Positions 26,355 to 34,979 of a stretch of 40,682 nt of DNA are shown one piece after another. This stretch comes from a virus. Lineage: Duplodnaviria; Caudoviricetes. Each line of letters opens with the position of its first letter. Within the stretch, counting starts at the first letter, position 1. A program made the translations under genes and the position numbers. The notes beneath the pieces are model-generated. The model was not told where the DNA came from. It saw nothing but the letters and a program-made list of their open reading frames with translations, and did no database searches. The stretch lies in IMG/VR virus record IMGVR_UViG_3300030061_001844, positions 1 to 40,682 of that record; one strand, written 5' to 3'.

Positions 26355-26587
26355 TGGACATAACTTCTCTTTACACAGCAGTTAGTGATATGACTAACTT
26401 GCGCAAATCAGTAATTGTTGATATGATTATGGTGCAACTTATCGCGCTTACGCTTGGTTGTTTCCTCATTTTAGTGTTTTCCGGCCCAAAAATGAGTTCA
26501 ACTGATTTGAGTTGGATTATTGGTGCGCTTTTCGTCTGTTTCAGCGCAACAGGTATCGTTTATCGCCGCCTCGGACAACAAGGTTGA
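26354..26587 (+). CDS. Small two-TM membrane protein (holin-like topology)
   Basis: Two hydrophobic segments and a basic C-terminus YRRLGQQG. Confidence 0.75.
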   Translation: MDITSLYTAVSDMTNLRKSVIVDMIMVQLIALTLGCFLILVFSGPKMSSTDLSWIIGALFVCFSATGIVYRRLGQQG

Positions 26588-26848
26588 CCATTTATTGATA
26601 GGGCATTTGCTGTTCTTGAAAATGGTTTTTGCTTTCAAAAAACAACCACATAGATTGCAACGGTCGTGGGTTCGTTCGGGACATCTCAAACAAATGTTGT
26701 ATCTTCGTTCGCGTTCTGCCAAGTCAACTCTTTTGTTAGTGACAATATCAGCCGCGGCTCGCGTGAGGCTTTTTGCTGTCGATATGGAAATGGGGATACC
26801 TGCTACTTTACGCGCTCTCGGCAATCTCTCTCTCATAGAAACACTCAT
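26498..26848 (-). CDS. Small Cys-rich protein (DUF6171-like)
   Basis: RYNICLRCP...RCNLCGCFLKAKT...KCPINKW pattern. Confidence 0.7.
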   Translation of the reverse strand: MSVSMRERLPRARKVAGIPISISTAKSLTRAAADIVTNKRVDLAERERRYNICLRCPERTHDRCNLCGCFLKAKTIFKNSKCPINKWSTLLSEAAINDTCCAETDEKRTNNPTQIS

Positions 26849-26873
26849 TTGATACCGCTACTTGGTCTTTGCT

Positions 26874-27542
26874 ATGGCGGAGCGTATAACAAGGGCATCT
26901 TGTAATTTCTGCCAAGACCCCGACCGTGACGGTATAGAAGAAATGTTGAGGGCTGGGTTAATCACCGCTAAAGATTTAGACAAACAAAAAGGATGGCGAG
27001 AAGGCACTGCTGACCGTCATTTTAGAAACCACATGGGTGAATACCACATGTCTTCAAACAGTGAGTGTAAATTATGCACATCACCAAAGCGCGAAAACTT
27101 AGAGTTGGCGTATTTTAACGCGTCAATGACCGTGGCTGAAATAGCAGAAGATATGCAGATGCCCGATTCAAGTGTTTATCATCATCTTAAACATCATCTC
27201 AAACCTGTTGTTCAAAAAGGTGCGGCTGACCTCATTATAGTTGAAGCAGGTCAAGAGATGCAAAGCATACGAAACAATTTATCCCGACTCAATGGTGAAC
27301 TTGGTCATTTTCTTGATGACGCAGACCGCAACGACCCTCAATATGTTCGCAACATAGTATCTTTACACAAAGAAGTTCGCGAAACGGTCAAAGACATCAT
27401 GAGGGTGCAAGAGCGCGCGGCTGGAACTACTAACGAAAACATGACTGCACAGACCATAAACATACTCAAAGTTGAATTAGCGAAGGAGTCACCCGAAGTT
27501 TGGGCGCGACTTCGCGGCAAGTTGATTGGTGGTGACGAATAA
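26874..27542 (+). CDS. Tandem CxxC...HxxxH Zn/HTH protein; candidate terminase small subunit or regulator
   Basis: CNFC...RHFRNHM and CKLC...HHLKHHL repeats, then a coiled coil; upstream of terL in the same operon. Confidence 0.6.
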   Translation: MAERITRASCNFCQDPDRDGIEEMLRAGLITAKDLDKQKGWREGTADRHFRNHMGEYHMSSNSECKLCTSPKRENLELAYFNASMTVAEIAEDMQMPDSSVYHHLKHHLKPVVQKGAADLIIVEAGQEMQSIRNNLSRLNGELGHFLDDADRNDPQYVRNIVSLHKEVRETVKDIMRVQERAAGTTNENMTAQTINILKVELAKESPEVWARLRGKLIGGDE

Positions 27543-28828
27543 TGGTTGGTGGACCCGAAGGGAGTAGCAAAGGGTTAAGATTCAACCCACGACACAGCGC
27601 AGAAGAATTACAAGATGATTCAACGGTTGGTCGCGAAGATTCCGAAGAGCGTGCGCGGCATGATGCGAAAAAGCGTGAAACTCAAGATAAGCGCGCCAAA
27701 CAATTACAAGGTCTTCAACACATGAAAATTAAAGTTCCTCAAAAGCACGATGAGGATGAAGAAGACAGCGACATGAAGCGACAAGCAGAAGCAGGTCAAA
27801 TGTCGGGTCAAGTGGGTCAAAACGAAGCCAACGCTGGTGCTAACCCAAAGGGTGGCGGTGGTGGACTCAATATGTTGCTTTCAACTGCACCGTTCATTGA
27901 CGATGCATTTGAGATGATTCGTAAAAAGAAAGACGAGCCTAAATACGATGATGAGAAACCTAAGAAAACTACCACTATTGATACTGCTTTGTCGCGAAGA
28001 CGCGCTAAAAAGGGTAAGCGGTCAAGAAAACAAGGTAAAAAAACCACTGAATCAATGAAGGGTAGAAAGGGCAACAAGAAACAATTGAAAGGTGGGAATG
28101 TCCGTCAACCATCTATCGCTTCAACAATGAGTGCGGCTCGCGCTCCTTACACATCATTCGGTTTAATGGGGACACGAAGACCGACACCCACTGGTCCAAT
28201 TCGATTGAATGTGTCAACAGGCCGTTCACAAGCAAGAGGGAGTTATGAAAACCCGCGAAAAAGATTGGCACAAGATGTTCGACAAGAACTGCGTCAAGAT
28301 TCTCCTACTCAAGATATAACACCCCCAATGCCGACCATTACAGCACAATCGAGAAAACCACGCGCTGTGCGAGGGTCAAGAGATTCAAGACCACATAGTA
28401 AAGCAATGCGTCAACCGCGAACAGCGAAAACACCGGGTGGTGCAGAAGCCGCTAAAGAAATTGCTCTTGGTGGTAGCGCGTCTGCTATGGCCGCTGGTGG
28501 GTTGGGTTCTTCGGACGACGCAATTCTCGCATCCGAAGAGTTCTTGATTAAGCGCGCACAGCGAGTTAAACTCACTAACCGCATTTCACCACGCGACCGT
28601 ATTGAATATCGTCAACTCATCGACCAACTCAACCATTTATTGCGACGCATGATGCGTAAAGCAGACGCGAGTGGCGATGATGCACCAAGCGGTGCTACAC
28701 CGAATCAAGGCACGAAGCGTATGACATCCGCACCGACAGGGCCAACTGAAACCGACCCCGAAGATGACCCTACGATGTGGGGGACTCACCCGTATGATTT
28801 GTATGTAAGACGAGGTGGTATGACATGA
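27542..28828 (+). CDS. Disordered basic protein
   Basis: 428 aa, R/K/G/P/S-rich; TAATG overlap. Confidence 0.8.
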   Translation: MVGGPEGSSKGLRFNPRHSAEELQDDSTVGREDSEERARHDAKKRETQDKRAKQLQGLQHMKIKVPQKHDEDEEDSDMKRQAEAGQMSGQVGQNEANAGANPKGGGGGLNMLLSTAPFIDDAFEMIRKKKDEPKYDDEKPKKTTTIDTALSRRRAKKGKRSRKQGKKTTESMKGRKGNKKQLKGGNVRQPSIASTMSAARAPYTSFGLMGTRRPTPTGPIRLNVSTGRSQARGSYENPRKRLAQDVRQELRQDSPTQDITPPMPTITAQSRKPRAVRGSRDSRPHSKAMRQPRTAKTPGGAEAAKEIALGGSASAMAAGGLGSSDDAILASEEFLIKRAQRVKLTNRISPRDRIEYRQLIDQLNHLLRRMMRKADASGDDAPSGATPNQGTKRMTSAPTGPTETDPEDDPTMWGTHPYDLYVRRGGMT

Positions 28829-30597
28829 GCGATATTATCCTCAAGGGTAAGGGCGTGTGGTATCGCGATGGTGAAGGAGTGATGCACCCACAATCTTTCC
28901 CTCCAACAGATTCCGACCACGAAAATATATCTCATTTTCACATTAACTCTAAGACAGGAAAACCATTCAAAGAATTGGGTGGTAAAGGCTTAGTAGGTAA
29001 GTTTCCTATCGAGATTGCCGCTGGTATTTTAGCCCGCGAATTGATGTCGCAAGGATACAAAGATGAAACAGGAGCAAGAAGAAAACCAGTGAGTGAGGCT
29101 TCAGCGTTGCGTTTAGCAAAAACTGTCTTCAACAATGCAACCAAGCGTTTCAATGACATTAAAAGAAAGGCTGGTGATGATTTCAATGTTCTCCCTATGA
29201 AGTTTGATGAAAACGGCATATTGAATGACGAATACAAGAATAATCATTACGGAGGACATCAACCGCGCCGTGTTCGGACTGCGAAGAGAACAACGCGAAC
29301 AAAAGATGGAAAAGTCATCAATAATCACCCGCGTAATCAACTACACGATGACCTCGGACAACATCTTGAATCCGCGGCTTTGCATATTTTTGATGAGTTG
29401 CGACAAGAAGCAGAAAAAATGGGCGTTAGCACAGAACTCGCGGCACAGCAAAATGTTATCGAGCCACAACAAATAACAGATGGTGTCACTCATCGCTACA
29501 CTTCAAATGATGCAGACCCCACATCTAAGTCAAACACAAAATATCCAAATCACTACAAAGACCTACATGCGCAAACTGCGGCATACGGTGAAATATCACC
29601 TATGGATATTGTTTCCGTATTACCAAACGACTTCTTTGTCCCGTCAACAGGAGGCGGAATGTCAACAAGAATAATGAATCAACTTAGAGATATGGGATAC
29701 GACCAACCTACGGCTCGTTCGATGGCTCGCGCTCCTGTGAATCAATTACTTTACGGCAGTGGTAAAGAAGGTCGAGAAAGTGGACTCAACAAGGTAGTTC
29801 GCAACATGCGCGCTAAATTACAAGTCGATTCAAATAATGATATTCATGCCATGTTCAAGAATCACCGCGACCATATTGCACCAAAAATAAGGGGTGGCGA
29901 TAACGGGAGGAATAACAAAGCAGTTGAGATATTGGCTTTGTTGAAATTAGCAGAACAGATGGGAGTTGACCCCGCTCAATACTCGATGTATCAACAAGCA
30001 CCTCAATCCGTAATGGGGGGTTGGCGTGATGTTGCTACGGCAGAAGGTGGTAAGCAAATAGATATGGAGGCTCTTGGGAGTGTCAATGAAGGACACAGCA
30101 TGAGAGGTAAATTTGCGGGTGATATGGACCACATTTTTAGAGAGTTTCCCGACCACTTAAGCGGCGGCTCACCCGCTGATGTTTTACCAGCGCAACCGAT
30201 TTTGGACGATAAACCAATGAGTGAACCTGCACCTGCTTTGACTACACAACCTCAACTCGCGCTCCCTTTGGGGCAACAACAAGATTTGTCACAATTTAAT
30301 CCGTTCTCCGCAGGGAGAGAATTTGCAATGTCCGATGACGACCCAATGGGTGTCATCGCGACTATCATGGAGCGTGTGCAATTACATGAAGCAGGTGGCT
30401 CTTTATTGGTAAAATATGACCCTATGGATAATTATGATATGCAACGATTGGGTCAAAATGTTGGCCTGTCGAGTCTTGATGTTCGCGCGATTGCAATGTC
30501 GATTGGTGATTGGGATGTTTTGGCGAAATCTTTTAACACGACGCATGATGTGGTCCGCGACATCAAGCGTGCTTGTGGAGGCGTAATTTATGGTTGA
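28825..30597 (+). CDS. Hypothetical protein
   Basis: 590 aa; GAGGTGG RBS and ATGA overlap. Confidence 0.85.
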   Translation: MSDIILKGKGVWYRDGEGVMHPQSFPPTDSDHENISHFHINSKTGKPFKELGGKGLVGKFPIEIAAGILARELMSQGYKDETGARRKPVSEASALRLAKTVFNNATKRFNDIKRKAGDDFNVLPMKFDENGILNDEYKNNHYGGHQPRRVRTAKRTTRTKDGKVINNHPRNQLHDDLGQHLESAALHIFDELRQEAEKMGVSTELAAQQNVIEPQQITDGVTHRYTSNDADPTSKSNTKYPNHYKDLHAQTAAYGEISPMDIVSVLPNDFFVPSTGGGMSTRIMNQLRDMGYDQPTARSMARAPVNQLLYGSGKEGRESGLNKVVRNMRAKLQVDSNNDIHAMFKNHRDHIAPKIRGGDNGRNNKAVEILALLKLAEQMGVDPAQYSMYQQAPQSVMGGWRDVATAEGGKQIDMEALGSVNEGHSMRGKFAGDMDHIFREFPDHLSGGSPADVLPAQPILDDKPMSEPAPALTTQPQLALPLGQQQDLSQFNPFSAGREFAMSDDDPMGVIATIMERVQLHEAGGSLLVKYDPMDNYDMQRLGQNVGLSSLDVRAIAMSIGDWDVLAKSFNTTHDVVRDIKRACGGVIYG

Positions 30598-32359
30598 AAG
30601 TTGGGAAATAGAATGGAATAGCAGTATGATTGAACACGGTCGCGACTTAGGAACTATGGAATTTATTTTCGCAAAAGGCGGCAACCTCTCGGATATGAAC
30701 TATGTTATGTTCGATGTTCAAGACAACAGTTGGGAACCACTTATCAAGGCTGTCGCGGAGCGCGACAACTCTCACCCCGACATTATTCGGAAGAATGCTG
30801 AACCGTTCATGGCTAACCGCGACCAACGAGCCGCGCAACCATTCATGGGAACAGCAGTGACAAGTCCTCGTCAAGCAACGCAACAATACAACACAGCACA
30901 GCGAATGTCCAACCTCGCTAACTACGACGCTGACCCTACCGCAATGAACGCTATGCGCGCCGGAAAATACGGAACAGCCGCAGGTAAAGGTCTTGCCGCC
31001 GCAGGTCGCGGTATCATGGGAGCAGGTCGAAAAATGGGCGAGATGGGCGGTCGTGCTATGGCTGGTGCAAAAGATATGGGTGGTCGCGCTCTTCAAGCAG
31101 TAAAAGACAGTGGTATGGGCCAACGCATGAAGAACTTCATGGGTGCGGCAGGTCGTGGACTTAGCGACTTACGACATGCCCCAGCCGCGGCAAAACAAGC
31201 ATTTAGAGATAGTCGCGCAAGACGCGAAGATGAAGAACGAAGAAATGCACTTGAAGGTGGTCTTGGTCGCGGGTCAAAAATGGAAGCAGAAACCGAGCGA
31301 AGAATGGTTCCGGGTAGTCAAAACTTTGACGCAAACATGGATAGAGCGCGGGGAGCCATCAATCAACAACTTGCTCGCGATTTCAATGTTAATCCAAATA
31401 CTAACAAAAAAGGTAAGCCGACTGAATCAGTTCAAGATGCCATGCGTCGTGAAATTCAAGAAATTGGTGACAGACGCGCTCAACCAAAAGAAGGTTTCTT
31501 CGCTGGTATGAGCCGCCGCGGACGCGAGCGACGCGCTGGCAATCAAGCACAAGCAGAAGGAGCGGCATACGCGCCTTCTAACATGGCAACCGATGAGCCG
31601 GAACGAGTGCCTCTCCCTGCTGGACCTTCAACTGACGCGGAGCAAGCGGCAAACGCAGACAAAGTTCCCGAACCGGAAATTGAGTTTGATATGACCGAAC
31701 CGGAAACAGGAACACCACCACAAGACGCGGGGCAACCAATGAAGGTTGAAGCCGAAGAGAGCGCATTAACTGATAAACAAAAACAGGCTATGGAGATGTT
31801 TGACAAAGTGCAAGAAAACAAGCGCAAGCGAATGGCTATGGAAGGTGGTGCAGAAACCACCGGCGACCTATTCGTTGACGACGAAGGTGAAGTCATAAAC
31901 CCAGCACAAACGGAAACCGCTACGGCTACTGAACCATCTTTCGGACAAAGATTTGCTACCGAGGCTGGTATGAAAATGGGCGCACCTGCGGGTGATAGAG
32001 TCCGTGGTGGATTAGACAAAGTGTTCGGCCAACACCAAAAAACTCCATTCGCTGACCGCGATGCGGCAATGCAAGCCATGTTGCAAAGTGGTGTAGGAAC
32101 AAAAGGGATGACTACTGCTGGTAAGTTCAGTGGCAAATCAGCACAGGCTGTTGAAGCGGCTTTGATGGAAATGGGCTTTGGCCCAGCAGAAGCAAAAAAT
32201 GTCGCGCAACAAGCAGAAGCAGGTAATCCCGATGCAAAAGAAATTGTTGAAGAAGCAATAGATTTCGACATGGGTGAAGATGCTATGGGAATGAAACTAA
32301 GTGAAGACAACCACGCGGCATCATGGGATTCTGTTTTGAAAGGACTTAATGTGCGGTGA
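30590..32359 (+). CDS. Ala/Gly/Met-rich, largely disordered protein
   Basis: 589 aa; GGAGG RBS; overlaps the terL start. Confidence 0.85.
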   Translation: MVESWEIEWNSSMIEHGRDLGTMEFIFAKGGNLSDMNYVMFDVQDNSWEPLIKAVAERDNSHPDIIRKNAEPFMANRDQRAAQPFMGTAVTSPRQATQQYNTAQRMSNLANYDADPTAMNAMRAGKYGTAAGKGLAAAGRGIMGAGRKMGEMGGRAMAGAKDMGGRALQAVKDSGMGQRMKNFMGAAGRGLSDLRHAPAAAKQAFRDSRARREDEERRNALEGGLGRGSKMEAETERRMVPGSQNFDANMDRARGAINQQLARDFNVNPNTNKKGKPTESVQDAMRREIQEIGDRRAQPKEGFFAGMSRRGRERRAGNQAQAEGAAYAPSNMATDEPERVPLPAGPSTDAEQAANADKVPEPEIEFDMTEPETGTPPQDAGQPMKVEAEESALTDKQKQAMEMFDKVQENKRKRMAMEGGAETTGDLFVDDEGEVINPAQTETATATEPSFGQRFATEAGMKMGAPAGDRVRGGLDKVFGQHQKTPFADRDAAMQAMLQSGVGTKGMTTAGKFSGKSAQAVEAALMEMGFGPAEAKNVAQQAEAGNPDAKEIVEEAIDFDMGEDAMGMKLSEDNHAASWDSVLKGLNVR

Positions 32360-33768
32360 TACGCGTGCAATCATCTTTGTCACTTGAAGCGATTGAAGAA
32401 ATCGACTTTGAAGTGGCAAAGCGCGATTTTAAATTCTTCTTTGAAGAGATTCTTGGATTTCAACTTTCACATCATCACGAACGCTGGTATAATAATCTTG
32501 AAACACGAAAGCGATACTGTGTCAAAGCGGCGCGTGACCACGGTAAGTCAACGCTGTTCCTCGGCTACATGTTATGGAAAACGGCATTCAATCCAAAGAC
32601 CAAAGCAGTATTGATTTCACACAGTCTTCATCAGTCGATACATCACATGCGGACACTCAATGATTTGATTGACGGTGTGCCTTTTCTTGCTAAGATGAAG
32701 AAAGCCGATTCATGGTCTAAGACATTTTTTGGTTTTTCTAATGGTTCTAATATTAGCGCGAAGTCTGTTGGTGGTGCTATTCGTGGTATCCACCCCGACC
32801 TCATTCTTTGTGACGACATTCTGTGGGGAACAACCGATACAGAACTTGCTCGCGTCGCATCATGGTTTTACGAAGTTCTTGTCCCGACGCTCCACCACAC
32901 CTCAAAACTGATGATAGTCGGGACACCATTTACCCCAACCGACCTTTATACAGAACTTGAAGGTCGTGACGGTTATCTTGTTGAAACATACCCTGCTATC
33001 AATGCACAAGGAGTTGCATTATGGCCGGAACGCTGGGACTTAGAATCATTAGATGCGCGCAGGGCTGATATGCCAGCAATTGCATTTGCGCGTGAATACT
33101 TGTGTGAGCCGATGGATGATGTATCGAGTCTATTCCCTTCAACCGTATTGCAATCAGCAAAAGACAGCACACTCAAACTCATTGACCGTGAAGTTGGCGA
33201 CCCCGACGACCAATACTTCATCGGCTGGGACCCTGCTATTTCGAGTGACCGAGCGGCTGACTTCACCGTTATGGTGGTGCTTCGTCGCCCATCAACTAAC
33301 CCCGAATTGCTTGAATTGGTTCATGCAGTTCGTCGTAAGAATATGGATTTCCGAACACAGATTATGGAGATTCAAAGACTCAACGCGAAGTTCAATCCCG
33401 ATGTGATTGAACTTGAAGCGAACAACTTTCAGCGTGTATTCGCTACTGAACTACGCGCAGATACAGACCTACCCATCAAAACATTCATCTCCACGCGCCA
33501 ACGCCGTGAGTCACTTCTCATGGGATTAGTTCTGCGATTTGAAAATGAGCAGATGAGATTGCCGTGGGGCGACGACCGTTCGCGAACAATGATGAGTGAA
33601 TTAGAACGCGAACTAATGATGTTCGGTATGTCGAAAAAAGGTAAGTTGGACAGCATTGGTCGCCATGACGACTTTGCTATCGCTCTCGCATTGGCTCATT
33701 GGGCTACCACGGAGTTCCGTGAACGAATCGTTGACTTAGATGAAATAATGGAGGGGTTGTTAGATTGA
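32356..33768 (+). CDS. terL: Terminase large subunit
   Basis: Walker A ARDHGKST, Walker B ILCDD, coupling motif VGTP, nuclease IGWDPA and HDDFAIALALA. Confidence 0.95.
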   Translation: MIRVQSSLSLEAIEEIDFEVAKRDFKFFFEEILGFQLSHHHERWYNNLETRKRYCVKAARDHGKSTLFLGYMLWKTAFNPKTKAVLISHSLHQSIHHMRTLNDLIDGVPFLAKMKKADSWSKTFFGFSNGSNISAKSVGGAIRGIHPDLILCDDILWGTTDTELARVASWFYEVLVPTLHHTSKLMIVGTPFTPTDLYTELEGRDGYLVETYPAINAQGVALWPERWDLESLDARRADMPAIAFAREYLCEPMDDVSSLFPSTVLQSAKDSTLKLIDREVGDPDDQYFIGWDPAISSDRAADFTVMVVLRRPSTNPELLELVHAVRRKNMDFRTQIMEIQRLNAKFNPDVIELEANNFQRVFATELRADTDLPIKTFISTRQRRESLLMGLVLRFENEQMRLPWGDDRSRTMMSELERELMMFGMSKKGKLDSIGRHDDFAIALALAHWATTEFRERIVDLDEIMEGLLD

Positions 33769-33959
33769 CTGATTGTAATTGTGAATTTTGTGTAGGCGGC
33801 GAAGCCGCGTTTGGCTATCTTGAAAAGAAATTATGTCCGGCTGGTAAGGCCGCGGCCAAGCGGAAGTTCAAGGTTTATCCAAGCGCGTATGCGAATGGTT
33901 GGGCTGTTCAATACTGTCGCGGTAAGTTCCGTAAGAAGAAGGGAGGGAAGAAGAAATGA
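33765..33959 (+). CDS. Small basic protein (YPSAYAN motif)
   Basis: KRKFKVYPSAYANGWAV resembles a recurrent small basic module of marine viruses. Confidence 0.75.
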   Translation: MTDCNCEFCVGGEAAFGYLEKKLCPAGKAAAKRKFKVYPSAYANGWAVQYCRGKFRKKKGGKKK

Positions 33960-34159
33960 TTCCTCTTGAAGAAGCGTGGGCTTTGATGAAAGCCAAGAAA
34001 GACGCGCCGAATTATCGCCCTTGTGAAAGTAGCAAGTGCTGTGGTAATTGTAAAGCGTGGGACGATTCAGCAACAGAAAGCCCTCAAACGGGATATTGCG
34101 AGTGGTATGATTTCACTTGCAATAAGGATTATACATGTGATGCGTGGGCGGGTAAGTAA
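33956..34159 (+). CDS. Cys-rich microprotein with HiPIP-like Cys spacing
   Basis: NY...CCGNCKAW...GYCEWY...YTCDAW. Confidence 0.65.
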   Translation: MIPLEEAWALMKAKKDAPNYRPCESSKCCGNCKAWDDSATESPQTGYCEWYDFTCNKDYTCDAWAGK

Positions 34160-34833
34160 TGGTTGAGAAGAACTTAAACCGTTGGTTTAAAGAAAAGTGG
34201 GTGGATGTATCGCGCACAGGTAAGGATGGTAAGCATCCTCCTTGTGGTCGAAGCAAAGCCAAAACCTCAAGCAAAGGATACCCTAAATGTCGCCCATCTG
34301 TCAAGGTATCAAGCAAGACTCCAAAGACCAGCGGCTCCATGTCGTCGGGTCAAAAACGCGCGGCTACTAAAAGAAAGCGCAGTAAAAAACAAGGAGTGGG
34401 TGGAAAACCTACGGTGGTTAAAATGGAATACGAATACATAATGCACGAACCAATAACAGCAGAAGAATTAGCAATGATGAATGATGAAGACATCGCGAAA
34501 AGCGTATCATTTTGTAATTGTTGTTCGCCGTTTGAGATAGCAACAACTGTTCTCAAAGCGAAAAAGAAAAGCAAACCATTTCACGGATATAACCCTAACA
34601 AACATGCTAAGACAGGTGGCTTGAACGCTAAAGGTCGAGCCGCCGCGAAGCGTAAAACAGGTGCTAACTTGAAACGACCTGTCACAAAAAAACCAAGCAA
34701 ACTCAAACCCGGTGGTAAAGCCGCAGGTCGCCGTAAATCATTCTGCGCGAGAATGAGTGGTGTTAAAGGACCGACCAGTAAAGGCGGTAAAAAGACACCG
34801 AAAGGTGCGGCACTGGCGAGGTGGAATTGTTAA
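34159..34833 (+). CDS. Two-module highly basic protein
   Basis: LNRWFKEKWVDV..PCGRS..YPKCRP and GGLNAKGR..RRKSFCARM..WNC modules joined by an acidic linker. Confidence 0.8.
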   Translation: MVEKNLNRWFKEKWVDVSRTGKDGKHPPCGRSKAKTSSKGYPKCRPSVKVSSKTPKTSGSMSSGQKRAATKRKRSKKQGVGGKPTVVKMEYEYIMHEPITAEELAMMNDEDIAKSVSFCNCCSPFEIATTVLKAKKKSKPFHGYNPNKHAKTGGLNAKGRAAAKRKTGANLKRPVTKKPSKLKPGGKAAGRRKSFCARMSGVKGPTSKGGKKTPKGAALARWNC

Positions 34834-34979
34834 TGACTCAACCTGTTGTGTATCACAGTTGTTGCTACACAGCAGATAAGTCATATCCTTTTGGATTTTG
34901 TAAAAAGTGTTGGGAGAAAAACGGTAGTCCGCAAACAATGGCTTGGAATAAGAGAAAGGTGAATCGCGTTGAAAATTGA
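34833..34979 (+). CDS. 48-aa Cys-rich microprotein
   Basis: Manual translation MTQPVVYHSCCYTADKSYPFGFCKKCWEK...; TAATG overlap; fills the gap. Confidence 0.65.
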   Translation: MTQPVVYHSCCYTADKSYPFGFCKKCWEKNGSPQTMAWNKRKVNRVEN

